Source: Raillietiella orientalis
Taxonomy: Eukaryota
NCBI GenBank assembly: GCA_036172245.1
Contig: JAYWIR010000027.1
Coordinates: forward strand, 1,302,001 to 1,366,000
Direction of reading: 5' to 3'
DNA length: 64,000 nt
In this document: one piece after another, positions 13,201 through 22,757 of the stretch
Layout: each line of letters opens with the position of its first letter
How positions within the stretch are numbered: position 1 is the stretch's first letter
Notes under the pieces: generated by a model
Told to the model about the DNA's origin: nothing
Database searches by the model: none
Seen by the model: only the letters and a program-made list of their open reading frames with translations
Position numbers and translations under genes: made by a program

Positions 13201-16200
13201 GAGCGGAAAAGGGTTGCAGCGAAATGGGAGCCGTAATGTTCCCTCTCTTCTGCCCGCGTTCGCAGTGCGCCCCCGATGATGCTATCACATCCTTCCCGCG
13301 GTCGGTCGTCATCGGTCCCGGAAAGCGATCTTCGTCACTGCGCAGGAAGTCCGCGCAGTCGCCGCCGTCGAGCTCTGTTAGCACCCTCTCTTTTCTTCAG
13401 ATCACTTTGAAAATCTACGTCTGGTGTCTGAGGACCAGCATTGAGTACAAGACCATGGAGGTTTCCCAGGAGACCAACTGCAGGGAGGTCATCACCACTC
13501 TTCTGAACAAGTACCAAATGAAGCACCGCGATCCCAACCTTTTCTTCCTCACCATGAATGTGGGTATAAGACGAAGAGGTAGGTCAACACCGCGCTTGGA
13601 AGCCTTCAAGTAGGGCAAGGAGAAGGAGGAGGAATGGATCCAGGGGAGCCGCTGGCACCTTCTCTTGGACGCTCGCGGGAGCGTCTGCTCTCTTGAGATC
13701 GCAGCGACGTCGGCGAGGATGACCTCCGGCGAGCGCTGCTCAGCTCGGCGCGGGGTGTGGGCAGGGCTGGAGCTCCCGGAGGACGCGAGCGGATTCCTTC
13801 GCTCTTCCTCCTCCTCCTTCCCCCTAGGGGAGGCGGACTCTACATATTGCTCTCGGCGGTCTCGATCCTCTTTGACAGTTCCGACACAACCAAAAGCAAT
13901 GTCGCACTCCTAATTGAAAGGACTGAAGAATATCTTTGTGTGGAGATGGAGATCCCAGATCCCTACTGACTGGGGACGGACCGCGGTTCGTCGTCTTTGT
14001 CAACTCTATCCCCCACGCTTTCCCACGAAATTGTGAGACCATCAAGGGGGGGTCGCGTTCATTGTATTCCTGGAAAGTCGGGAAGGACATAGGGACCTCT
14101 TCGAGGAAAGTTCGGGCCGACGATTTCCTCGCGGTAGATTTAAGGAAGAACTCGGGAGTGCGGGGGAATGCCTACCAGCGGTCTTGCTGACTTCCGTTAC
14201 CTTCCTGTAGGCACGATAGGAAGCGACGTAGTGCGGCGGAAGCTACATATCCCTCATTCATTCATCCCTTTCCTCTTCCCTTTGCTCTTCCTCTCCTTTC
14301 CTCCGTGCTGCCCGGAGGCAGCTCTACCCTGGGATTTCTTCCGCCTTTCCTCCACAAAAGGGAGAGCGGGATAGCAGCCATTGGCACGCATCCTCGAAGA
14401 CGTTCTATTTAAGAAGGGCCCTGAAAATGGGGATCCTCCATGAGGACCAGGACCCTCTTAGCGGGCTTTCTGGGTGTGGATCGAGTGATGCGGTGGAATC
14501 GTCATGACGTCCTCCTCCCCCTCTGCTTCTTCACGGAACCCAGTTGTCTCAGAGACAGAAAGGGGAGTCGTCCCTTTTCTCCCCTCCCCCTCGGCGACGC
14601 GAATAGAGACCGCTGGGCAGTGGAGACAAGATGGGAAGCCGGCTGGTGCGGCCGCAGAGTGGACTCAGCTCTCACCCTACTCCCCACCTCGACCCCTTTA
14701 AGCCCTGTTGCGGGAACGGTGGACCACGGAAGGCGGGAAGCGTCTCCAGCTGAGTCAGCGGTCCGGAAGGCTCTCAGGAGCCTCCAGACGAAGGGAAGGG
14801 GCGTGGCGCGTGCCCACCTGAGTCCAGAGGGGCTCATCAGGAAGTGCTCCTTCACTCACCACCCCTCTCCACTTCTTGCAGGGATCATCCTGCGCACCAC
14901 CTTGGTCCTGGACGACGATGCCATTCCTGCTCGGCTGCAATATTGCTACGTTGGGAATGACGCGAAGTAAGTGGGTCCGCATAGATAGGGCTGGGAACGT
15001 GGAGCTGCGTATGATCGCCCTGTCTTGAAATTGAACGACCCCCTCTCATCCCCTTAAAGTGCGCTCGGGGGAATAGAGAGAGAGGGAGAAGCCGATCATG
15101 AGGCGGGCGGAAAGAGGGGCAGCGGAAGGGGAGCTGATCCCGTCTCGTCCTACCTGGAGCAGCGCTGGACGCCTCTTCGACTGGACCTCTCCAACCACCC
15201 TTCCTCCTCACTCTAGTCTCGCGGAGTGGGAGCGCGCTGATGCCCCGGTCCTGCCGTCTATCTAGGGGGTGCACAGGAACAATGGGGAGTCGAGAGAGAA
15301 GACCTTCGCTACAAGAGGCAGTGGCGGAAGGGAGCAGCAGGGACAGGAGTCCAAGGAAGTCTTGCGGCGCTCGCGGGGCTGGCGGCAATCAGGAAAGCAG
15401 GGATTCTCCTCTTCATCGTCAGTGTCATCCTTTCCTCCTCCTTCCTTCCTTCTCCTCTCCTCCCCTTCTTCCCTCTGCTTCTCCCTCCGAGCCGCTTTTT
15501 ATCCCTGCTGCTCTCACGCGAAGGACCGTCCGGCGAGAGCGTCAGAAGCTGGGAAGCCGTTGCTCCTGCACCCGCTGCCGCGAGGTGTCCACCTATCCCT
15601 TCCCCTTCCCTCCAGCCCTTCTTTACCGGGGGAAGCCCGTCGGTCTCGTCTTCCTCTCTTTTCACCTCCTTTCCCCGCGATCTTCCTTCCTATCCCTGCA
15701 GTGGGCTCTTCCCTCTCCCCCTTTCGGAGCTACAAGGAACGCGTGTGCTCCCCCACCAAGAAACGCCACCGTCCCCCGGGACAAGAGGGCGTTGCCAGGG
15801 GAAGCGGGCAGTAGCCTGGCGAGGAAGGGACACCCTCGCGGCTTTCCGGGGAAAGAGGGGCGGGTTGGGCGTGGATGCCGTGCCCCCTCGGCGGTCTCCC
15901 GCACTCGTGCGTGTTCCCCTCCCCAGGTTCATCCTGCAGATGCGCAGGGGAAGCCTCCTGAAGATCTACAATGGTTCCCTGCAGCCGGAGACAGGCGCGG
16001 CCCGTTGCCCCCTGCAGTTTCATTACAAGAGCCTGCTCCTGGCGGAGCACACGTCCTGCCAGGAGATCATCGACATCCTGCTGAGGTGCTGCAAGTCCCG
16101 GGAGCGCCCGTCCCAGTTCGAGATCCACGAGGTGAATAGTCGTGTCCCCGGGAGCCTCCTAATTGCCCAGGGGCTCCTCTGCCCCGGATCCTGCAAAGGT

Positions 16201-16538
16201 GTGCGAGGGAGGAGGCGAGACCCGCGACGTGACCCTGTGCGGTTCGGACATGCCCGTCAAGCTGGCCCTCGCCTGGCCCAGCCTGCCCCGCCGCGCTCTC
16301 GTCCTGCAGCGGCGATGCGCCTGCGCGGACGCGCCGACACCGACGCGCTCCCTTCAGCAGCAACAGCAGCAGCTGGTTGCGGGCCACGTGAGTTGGCGCT
16401 CCGCCGACGACGCCGACACTCCTGTCCCTGGAGACGCGCAGTGTTCCTTTGCAGGTGGAGCAGCGAGCAACCAGTCTCCCAGGAGCTCCCCGTCGCCCCC
16501 CTTCCTACAACGACTACGATAACTTTTTCTACATCTGA
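10109..16538 (+). CDS. rau: Spliced gene, 6 coding exons, 930 nt / 309 aa: Rau-like tandem Ras-association (RA) domain protein. join(10109..10297,13401..13578,14882..14966,15927..16131,16199..16387,16455..16538)
   Basis: All five introns are GT..AG and the phases match (0,1,2,0,0). The product has a Ser-rich N-terminus (MLKHAVFPPSRSPCYS..), RA1 (ITLKIYVWCLRTSIEYKTMEVSQETNCREVITTLLNKYQMKHRDPNLFFLTMNV..LVLDDDAIPARLQ), RA2 (FILQMRRGSLLKIY..YKSLLLAEHTSCQEIIDILL..FEIHEV..MPVKLALAWP..LVLQRR) and the C-terminus YNDYDNFFYI*. I recall these motifs from arthropod Rau-family proteins; this was not checked by a search. Confidence 0.88.
11300..11430 (+). mobile_element. Small L1/Tx1-like relic in rau intron 1
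   Basis: SLSTWRVGKSPG resembles the GKSPG(PDG) motif preceding L1 RT domains. Confidence 0.35.
12469..12602. repeat. Degenerate ~53-bp tandem repeat (about 2.3 units) rich in AACAAT
   Basis: caggatgca at 12532 and 12585; caacaatcg..ggg..tcccg.gtt..tcaacaa occurs twice. Confidence 0.7.
13401..13578 (+). CDS. rau: rau-like coding exon 2 (RA domain 1, N-terminal part)
   Basis: Acceptor ctctcttttcttcag; donor ag|gtaggt; encodes ITLKIYVWCLRTSIEYKT..MKHRDPNLFFLTM. Confidence 0.92.
13930..14110 (+). mobile_element. Small L1/Tx1-like relic in rau intron 2
   Basis: SLYSWKVGKDIG parallels the 11300 relic; tgtggagatggagatccc resembles the minus strand near 40900. Confidence 0.3.
14882..14966 (+). CDS. 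rau: rau-like coding exon 3 (RA domain 1, C-terminal part)
   Basis: Acceptor cttcttgcag; donor aa|gtaagt; encodes IILRTTLVLDDDAIPARLQYCYVGNDA. Confidence 0.92.
15927..16131 (+). CDS. rau: rau-like coding exon 4 (RA domain 2)
   Basis: Acceptor ttcccctccccag; donor gag|gtgaat; encodes FILQMRRGSLLKIY..YKSLLLAEHTSCQEIIDILL. Confidence 0.9.
16199..16387 (+). CDS. rau: rau-like coding exon 5 (end of RA2 plus a 6-Gln run)
   Basis: Acceptor ctgcaaag is weak, but it is the one that restores the RA-like frame (DMPVKLALAWP..LVLQRR); donor cac|gtgagt. Confidence 0.78.
16455..16538 (+). CDS. rau: rau-like terminal coding exon
   Basis: Acceptor ttcctttgcag; encodes VEQRATSLPGAPRRPPSYNDYDNFFYI, then TGA. 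Confidence 0.85.
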   Translation: MEQRATSLPGAPRRPPSYNDYDNFFYI

Positions 16539-16780
16539 AGGTGCCGCTGGGGGCAGGCGCGGGTCTGGCGCTGAGCGCGGCACCTTGCCGGACGGACGTG
16601 GCCAGAGATGATCTCTCTCCTAGCGGAGCAGCTTCCGCATCAGAAAGCCCCCCTCCCCTCCTGGCCCTCCCAGGAGAGGACGGGAGTTCGAACAAGGGGA
16701 CGCGCCCTCCTGAGCTGCAGGAATGGGCCGGGTGAGCGGCTCCTGTAGGCGAGGATGCCGCCATCTCTCCACAGAGTGCC

Positions 16781-16786
16781 AATAAA
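16781..16786 (+). terminator. Candidate polyadenylation signal of the rau-like gene
   Basis: First AATAAA after the stop codon, about 240 nt downstream, in otherwise GC-rich sequence. Confidence 0.55.
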
Positions 16787-17559
16787 ACGCGGCGGCGCCG
16801 TTGCCCGTCGTCCGCGGAGCTTTTTTTTCCCCACAGCCTTTTTCCTGGAGACAGGGAGCTAGACTTCCCCTCCCTACTGGATCGAAACGCGCGCGACGCC
16901 GAATTCCCGGTAGCGGAAGACCCGGAGGTGGCTGGTGGTCTCCACCCCATAGAGACGGGCAGGCAAGAATCCCGGATGCTCGCGCCTTCGCGAGACGCCC
17001 TCCCCCTTTCCCTTTCGTCCCGGGAGTCGCCTCCTTCCTTTCCTTCTTCCCCGAAAGACTTCCCGCCATCCGCGTTGCGATCTGCATTCCTCCCAGACTC
17101 TCCCGATCTGTCGTTTGATGCACAGGCGCGTCCCGTAAGCGGCGAGCAGCGCTGACTCTCAGCTCCGCACGGCAAGCCGGGCGTGTTTCCACGGCGACGA
17201 ACAGTGGGTGGGTCGATCCGCAGGAGGACCAGGCGGCTGTCCGAACAGTGGAAGGGAGATCGTCGCACACGTTCCAACGAGGTGGCTCGCGAAGTCGGCG
17301 AAAGATTTTCGCCTCTGTGGTGGTTGGAGCAAGGCGCGAATGTTCACGGAAGTCGGATGGGGTTCGTCCGGGCAAAGGGAGAGGGTCTTGGGCGAACCGA
17401 CGTCTTGCAGTGAGCCACCGCGTTCGGCAACCAGACTGAAGAGTGCAGGCAGGTGCATATGGCAACCGCGACGTTCCGACAACTGAAGAGACGAGAACTG
17501 GCAGCGCGAGAACCGGCGTCATGGTGGGCGGCTCCCCATGGGAATCAGGCTGGACGCCT

Positions 17560-17700
17560 AGGGCAACCGACGCGAGGGCTCCAGCTGGTGAACGTTCCTG
17601 AGGCAGTTTGGAGAAGCACCGTCCTCATCCCCAACGTAATGCCAAACTGGACAAAGAGAGTTTCCGGGAAGACGCCAACGGATACGCTGACGCGTATGCG
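17560..17700 (+). mobile_element. Possible non-LTR ORF1 (RRM-like) relic, homologous to 56090-56210 (-)
   Basis: RGLQLVNVPEAVWRSTV here versus RGELC*KVPLDVCKKTSDEVLSSRGKI at 56.1 kb, resembling the ORF1 VP..L..YGKI pattern. Confidence 0.3.
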
Positions 17701-18414
17701 TCCGGCATGTTCTGTACTGCATGTGCTTTGGCATCCAATCTTACAAGCATGGAGCATTCTTGCACGCCCTCCAACGTGCTCGTGGCGGTCCCTCATGCGT
17801 GGAGCAACGTGTTCACCACCGCTGAGTTCCCGGGAGCGTAGGTCCGGGAGGGGGAAAAGTTGCGGGTGGCAGTCTCCCTTGGAGATGGCCAGGACCACGC
17901 CGGGATCGCATCCCGGAGGCTCGCCTGCTGCTCCTAAGATGTTGCAGCGGCCCCTTTTGCCAGAACTGCGGAGATCCCAGCCGGTTCCCTCGGTTTCCCC
18001 CCTCTCGTCTGCAGTGATGGTGGGCACGGCCCGCCCCACTTCGGGCTGGTGGTGCTTTCCCCGTCTTCCTTTCGTTCTTCCATCCTTTGTGCCCTTCTTT
18101 GCCTGCGCCAGGAGGTGGCGCGAAGAGCGGTCTCCACCCGAGGCCGACAAAAGCGGAATGAGCCACCGTGGGCGTGGGCCCGCACGCCCGCAACCGTTGC
18201 CGAAGGGCGCTCTCGGGAGCCGTACGAAGACTCGCCGCTCTCAGAGGACGGCAGCTTCGAGAAAGCGATCACCGGAGCTCCTGGCGTTGCCTTGGAGATC
18301 GAAGCAGTCCGTGGGGAAGGGTCGCCGCCCAGGCAAGCAGACGCTCCCCAACGGAGGGCGCTGCTTGCCTGCTCCTGGGGAAGGGAGCAGCAGTGAGGCG
18401 ACCTCGGAGGTGGG

Positions 18415-20300
18415 TTGACACCGGTCGCGCCGGGGCGTTTATTTATAGGAAGTAAACATAGATGTCGGTGGCAGGACGCTTGGTCATGCAACGTCACAGT
18501 GAGTGCAACAGTGGGAACCTGCCGAGGACCGGCGCGCAGGCCGGCGAGGTTCGCCTCGGCAGCAGAGAGGCGGAGAGGGACAAACAAAAAGAAAAAAATA
18601 AAGCAAAAAATATGCAGTCAAAAAATGGGGTGGGGGTTCGGGAAGGAATCACTGTGTGCTGCAGGGCGTCCTCTGCATCCTTGCCAGGATGCCGGCGAGT
18701 TCCTTGCTAACACGCCCTCACGTCGGTCGCATCCCTGGCAGCACTCCTGTTTTAAGGTTCCCAGGTGGGGCCATCTTGACGCTGTCCTCGTGAAGAGGAC
18801 GGCAAAATAGATGGCGTCCCCGTCGGCGTTGTGGCCTCCCTTGGAGTTGCTACATGCAGCCACGATCCCGCGCAGACAGCAGAGCGCTGCTAGGGATGCG
18901 GCCGGATTGAGGGCCTCGTGCAGGAAGAGGCGCTTCACATCGTCTCTGGGGGTCGCCCTTGGGGATCCGCAGCGACGCGACAAAGCATCCCCACATGGGG
19001 AGGAGGGCAACACACTCCGTGAGCAGGTGCGGAAGGGACTCTCTCTCGCCGCACCTGCTGCTGTTGAAGCTCGCACTCCCCCGGATCCAATGGTGTATCG
19101 GCGGGCGTTGCAAGGGAGGTCCCAGTAAAACAACAGGGTCTCCCACTCCTGCCACTTTAGGGGGAGGGTAGCACTGTTCCAGCACGCGGGAAGCCACTTC
19201 ACCTTCTCCGGAGGAATTCTTAGCAACTCCCGAGTGTGGCAGTCCTTTTGGAGGGACACTCGGCGTTGCGCTGTCCGCCAGTTCCCAAGTTGTGCACGCA
19301 TGTAGAAGTTCTTTCCTGTTGTCAGTAGTGCACGTCACCTCACACCTTGCCGGAAGGTCGCTGTCTCTTGCTTCTTCCCGTAGGGAGAGCAGCACTGGGG
19401 CCGGGGGGGTGAACGACGCCCAAAGCAGATTCCTGTTGTTACTCCAGGATCTCTCTCAACGGCGGACGAGCGTATCTGCTGCTGGCATTCTGCCTCGCTC
19501 GTGTCGTTGATTTTTCCCCGAGCTCAAAACTGACTCCTGTAGACAGGCAGTCCGGTCTGCGGGGAGAAGGCGACCCAGGGATTCCTTCGGACCAAGGCAA
19601 CGCTGTGTCGAAGCTGCCCAAACTTCTATCGGCTGCCACGGCGACCGAAGCCGGTCCATCGCGGCCGGTTGCTCGGCAAGGACGCGTGTTGGAGCGCACC
19701 GAGATGCGTCCTACAGCTTGGACGCCGGTGCGGTTCTTCCGAATTGGAGTTGACTCTCCGTTCGCTCTAGAGCAAGGAGGCCCAGTCCACCATGCTTACG
19801 TGGAGGCGCAAAGGTCGTTTCACCGGACTCGAAGGGTCGGAGATGCCGAAAGTCGGGCCGGGAGGTGTTTTGATGAGAAGAAGAGGAGAGGCAGGCAGGG
19901 GACGGAGGCAGCTCCGAGGTGACCTTTGAGTGGGAGGGGGAGGCGCGAATGGGCACGCTCAGGACGGTCACGGAGAATCGGCGCGGACGAGGCTTCCCGC
20001 GGGCGGTTGACCACGACCGGGACGGAAGTAGCCGCGAATTTCCGCAGTCCGGGAGCGGAAGTCAGCAGAGGATGTGCCGAGGGAAGAGCGCCGGGTCAGG
20101 GTGTATGTCCTTGGATGAGTGGACCCACGTGCGGGGCAGGGCGCGCGTCCGAACGTTCGGGAAAGAAACCCGGGAGGAACGACAGGCGCTCTGAGGCCGA
20201 GGACTACTCCCGACGCTCCTGTATTCCCTGGACGGAATCGCATACGTGGACCACGCCGCAGAGTGAGGCCAAGATGCACGGTGAGCCGCCCGTCCTCTCA
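18415..20300 (-). mobile_element. Decayed Tx1-like copy B (RT thumb region to 3' terminus)
   Basis: HGGLGLLALERTESQLQF; WNSATLPLKWQEWETLLFYWDLPCNARR; DVKRLFLHEALNPAASLAALCCLRGIV; conserved 3' UTR; AATAAA at 18438-18443 (-). The 5' boundary is approximate. Confidence 0.88.
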
Positions 20301-20384
20301 GGTGCGGCGTCACGCGGAGCAGGGTTCGCGCCCCGCGGCTGCCGAGGAGACGCCCCGAGATATGGGTGTTTCGTGAGTGCCTAC

Positions 20385-21002
20385 GACGTGCTCTTCGGCT
20401 TGCCGCACCGCCACAGAGTTCTCTTCCGCACCTCCCGCATCCGCAGCGGACCACGGTGCTCCCGTCGTCGCCAACGCGTCGCAGACTGACGCGCTTCCTG
20501 CGCGCCAGCGCCACCAATGCGCCGCCGACCCTTTCTTCGGAAGACACGTGCCGAGCGCGTCGGCCGGCCTCCTTACGTCATTCTCATTAACCAGTAATGA
20601 GGCAAGCCTTTGGCTGGTACTTTCCCGCGGACTCGGCCCCTCCAGCATGGCGGCGATCGCTGCCCCCTCTCCCCGCTCGAACAGCTTCCTACGGAACATC
20701 TAGAAGAGTTGCTACCCGACTAAAAGCTTGCAATGGCGCCGCACCGGCAGCGTGTGCAATGTTTCGTACCCGCCACATGCGAGTCCTTCGCTGACCATGC
20801 ACCGCCAACCGACAGGTCGATGTTTGTCGTCCCATAAATAACGGGATGCTACAAAAGATACTCGTTATCAAGATGCTCAAGAGAGTAGTGGTTATCCGCA
20901 AAAATCGAAGCATACGGGGCAAATTGCCGTCATCAGCATAAATGGCCATCTACAAACATATCTGTACGTGTGCACTTATTTGTAAATGCTTGCTTACACA
21001 GG
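20385..21002. repeat. 618-bp segment duplicated almost identically at 60365-60983
   Basis: Direct comparison shows only one substitution and one 1-bp indel. Confidence 0.95.
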
Positions 21003-21171
21003 AGAAAAAAAATATATATATGGTTACAAATGTGCACTGTGCGGAAAATGCTCTCCACTTTAACACCAGCAAGGTTTGCAATCCAGGACCCTTGAAGTCC
21101 GCGGAGGGGGTGAAGCTTTTTGATCGCAAGGAGTCACAGGTTGCCCACCATAGAAGAATAGGAAATTGAAT

Positions 21172-21198
21172 GAACTCCCCGGTGTGACCGGGGAGTTC
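21172..21198. repeat. Perfect 12-bp inverted repeat with a 3-nt loop
   Basis: gaactccccggt-gtg-accggggagttc. Confidence 0.9.
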
Positions 21199-22693
21199 GT
21201 TTCAAAAAGAACAAATTAGTTGGGAACGCGCTTCCTAACGGATAACAAAGAGAAGTTCAAGTGGAGGACCCACCGAAATGCAGGTCGGCCACTCTAAAGG
21301 TCCAGGACGGATGGGAGGGAATAAAAAAAAAAATAAGAAAAAAAAAGTATAAGACGGGGGCTATGGTGTAGCCCATTCCTTGTAAAAGAACAAAAAAAGA
21401 ACAGGAAAAGTCCAGAATGGGTAGGAGGGGACGACGAAGAAATAAATGAGGGGTGAATGGGAATAGGGGGTCTTTGGCTTCGACGAATGGGAAATCGAAG
21501 AAAAGCCATTCGTATACTCGATTTTCCGACACGAACACACCTGAAACGCTGGATGCTCATGGTGTGCAGAGATGGCTGTGAGCCGCGCTCGACGGGTAAT
21601 TTCCCGTCCAGAAGTGGAAGCAGCAAAGAGATGCGTCCGCTGCACTCTGGCTGCAAAAGCGTCCGTGTGCACTCGCAAGATCGGCAGCGATCGCAACGCC
21701 TGCGTGAAATGGGCACCAGCAGCCAGCCTCCTGTTGCTGCTGGTTCCCGGATGTTGCGCTGGTATTTTCCCCTCCTCCTTTCTCTACCCTCATCACCATT
21801 ATCGACAATTCCTTGATCATTGACTTGTGATTGGAAACGTTGACTTGGAAACCATTCCTCGCTTCCGGAGCCGAGCGTTCGGACAGAGAGAGAGCTCTGA
21901 TGTGCTGCTGCTCTGCCGTCGGACCGCCAACGATATGCAAATGGGAAAAATGCATCCCCTAATATCAAATCTGAATGGCTAAAACGTGGAGACCCTGCAA
22001 GCGTCGCCGATCTCTGGTAAAGTGAGGGTAAGTGCACGGAGCCCAAGATGGCAGCCCCGATCACATCTCAGCAAACGGAAACGCGATCGGGGCTTTCCGA
22101 AAACTGGACGTGCCAATTTCGCAGCGAGAGATCAAAAGAAAGCGGACGGGCGGATAAAACAGCACCCGTCCAGTAGACCTCGATGTGGCAGCCGCGGCAG
22201 CATTTCTAGTTTTTCGTGTTTTTTCCGTTTTTCGGTTGAGATCTGGCGCGCAGTCACGAACGAGGAATCCTTCAGTCACCTTCAGAATTCTACCGCTGTG
22301 TAAGAAGAGAACAAGAAACAGAAGATTCCTCAGCTGTGTATTCCAGCGATGCGTAAAGCGAACTGGTTGGAAGAAGAGGAAGAAGAAGAAGAAGAAATCG
22401 ACAGAGCCTAAAGAATTTCAGCAGTGCGACAACCAAGAACCGACGCATAATCTCCTGCAACCGGGGGCAAGGATTCGAATCTCAAGGAGTCGGATCCGCC
22501 TCCGACTGCCTGCTTGCATGAGACTCTTCCGGTGTGCGACACTTCGGGTGTCGAACTAAATTTTCCAAAGCGTTTGTGAGACTTGCGAAAGGTAATCGCG
22601 GGAATGGAAAGGAAGATCGGCAGGTGCCGCTGGCAGACGCGCCTACGTACCTAATAGTAACCTTTCCCATTGTTGCCGCGCTGAAGCGCAACG

Positions 22694-22757
22694 GGAAATC
22701 GGTTTCCCTGGAAATCGGTTTCCCTGGAAATCGGTTGCCACGGAAATCGGTAACCCC
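22694..22757. repeat. 16-bp minisatellite x4 (GGAAATCGGTTTCCCT)
   Basis: Two perfect and two degenerate units. Confidence 0.9.

Noticed and set aside
15995..16017. 23-nt GC-AG micro-intron in rau exon 4
   Set aside because: Removing it frameshifts the conserved YKSLL segment.
20340..20405. VSAYDVLF as an inverted YADD piece, implying twin priming of copy B
   Set aside because: Only about four codons lie outside the unrelated 618-bp duplication, so chance is likely.
21557..21955. THAP-like LCCFHFWTG (-) and signal-peptide-like SLLLLLVPGCCAG (+)
   Set aside because: Short, mutually exclusive resemblances; the other THAP residues and downstream exons were not found.
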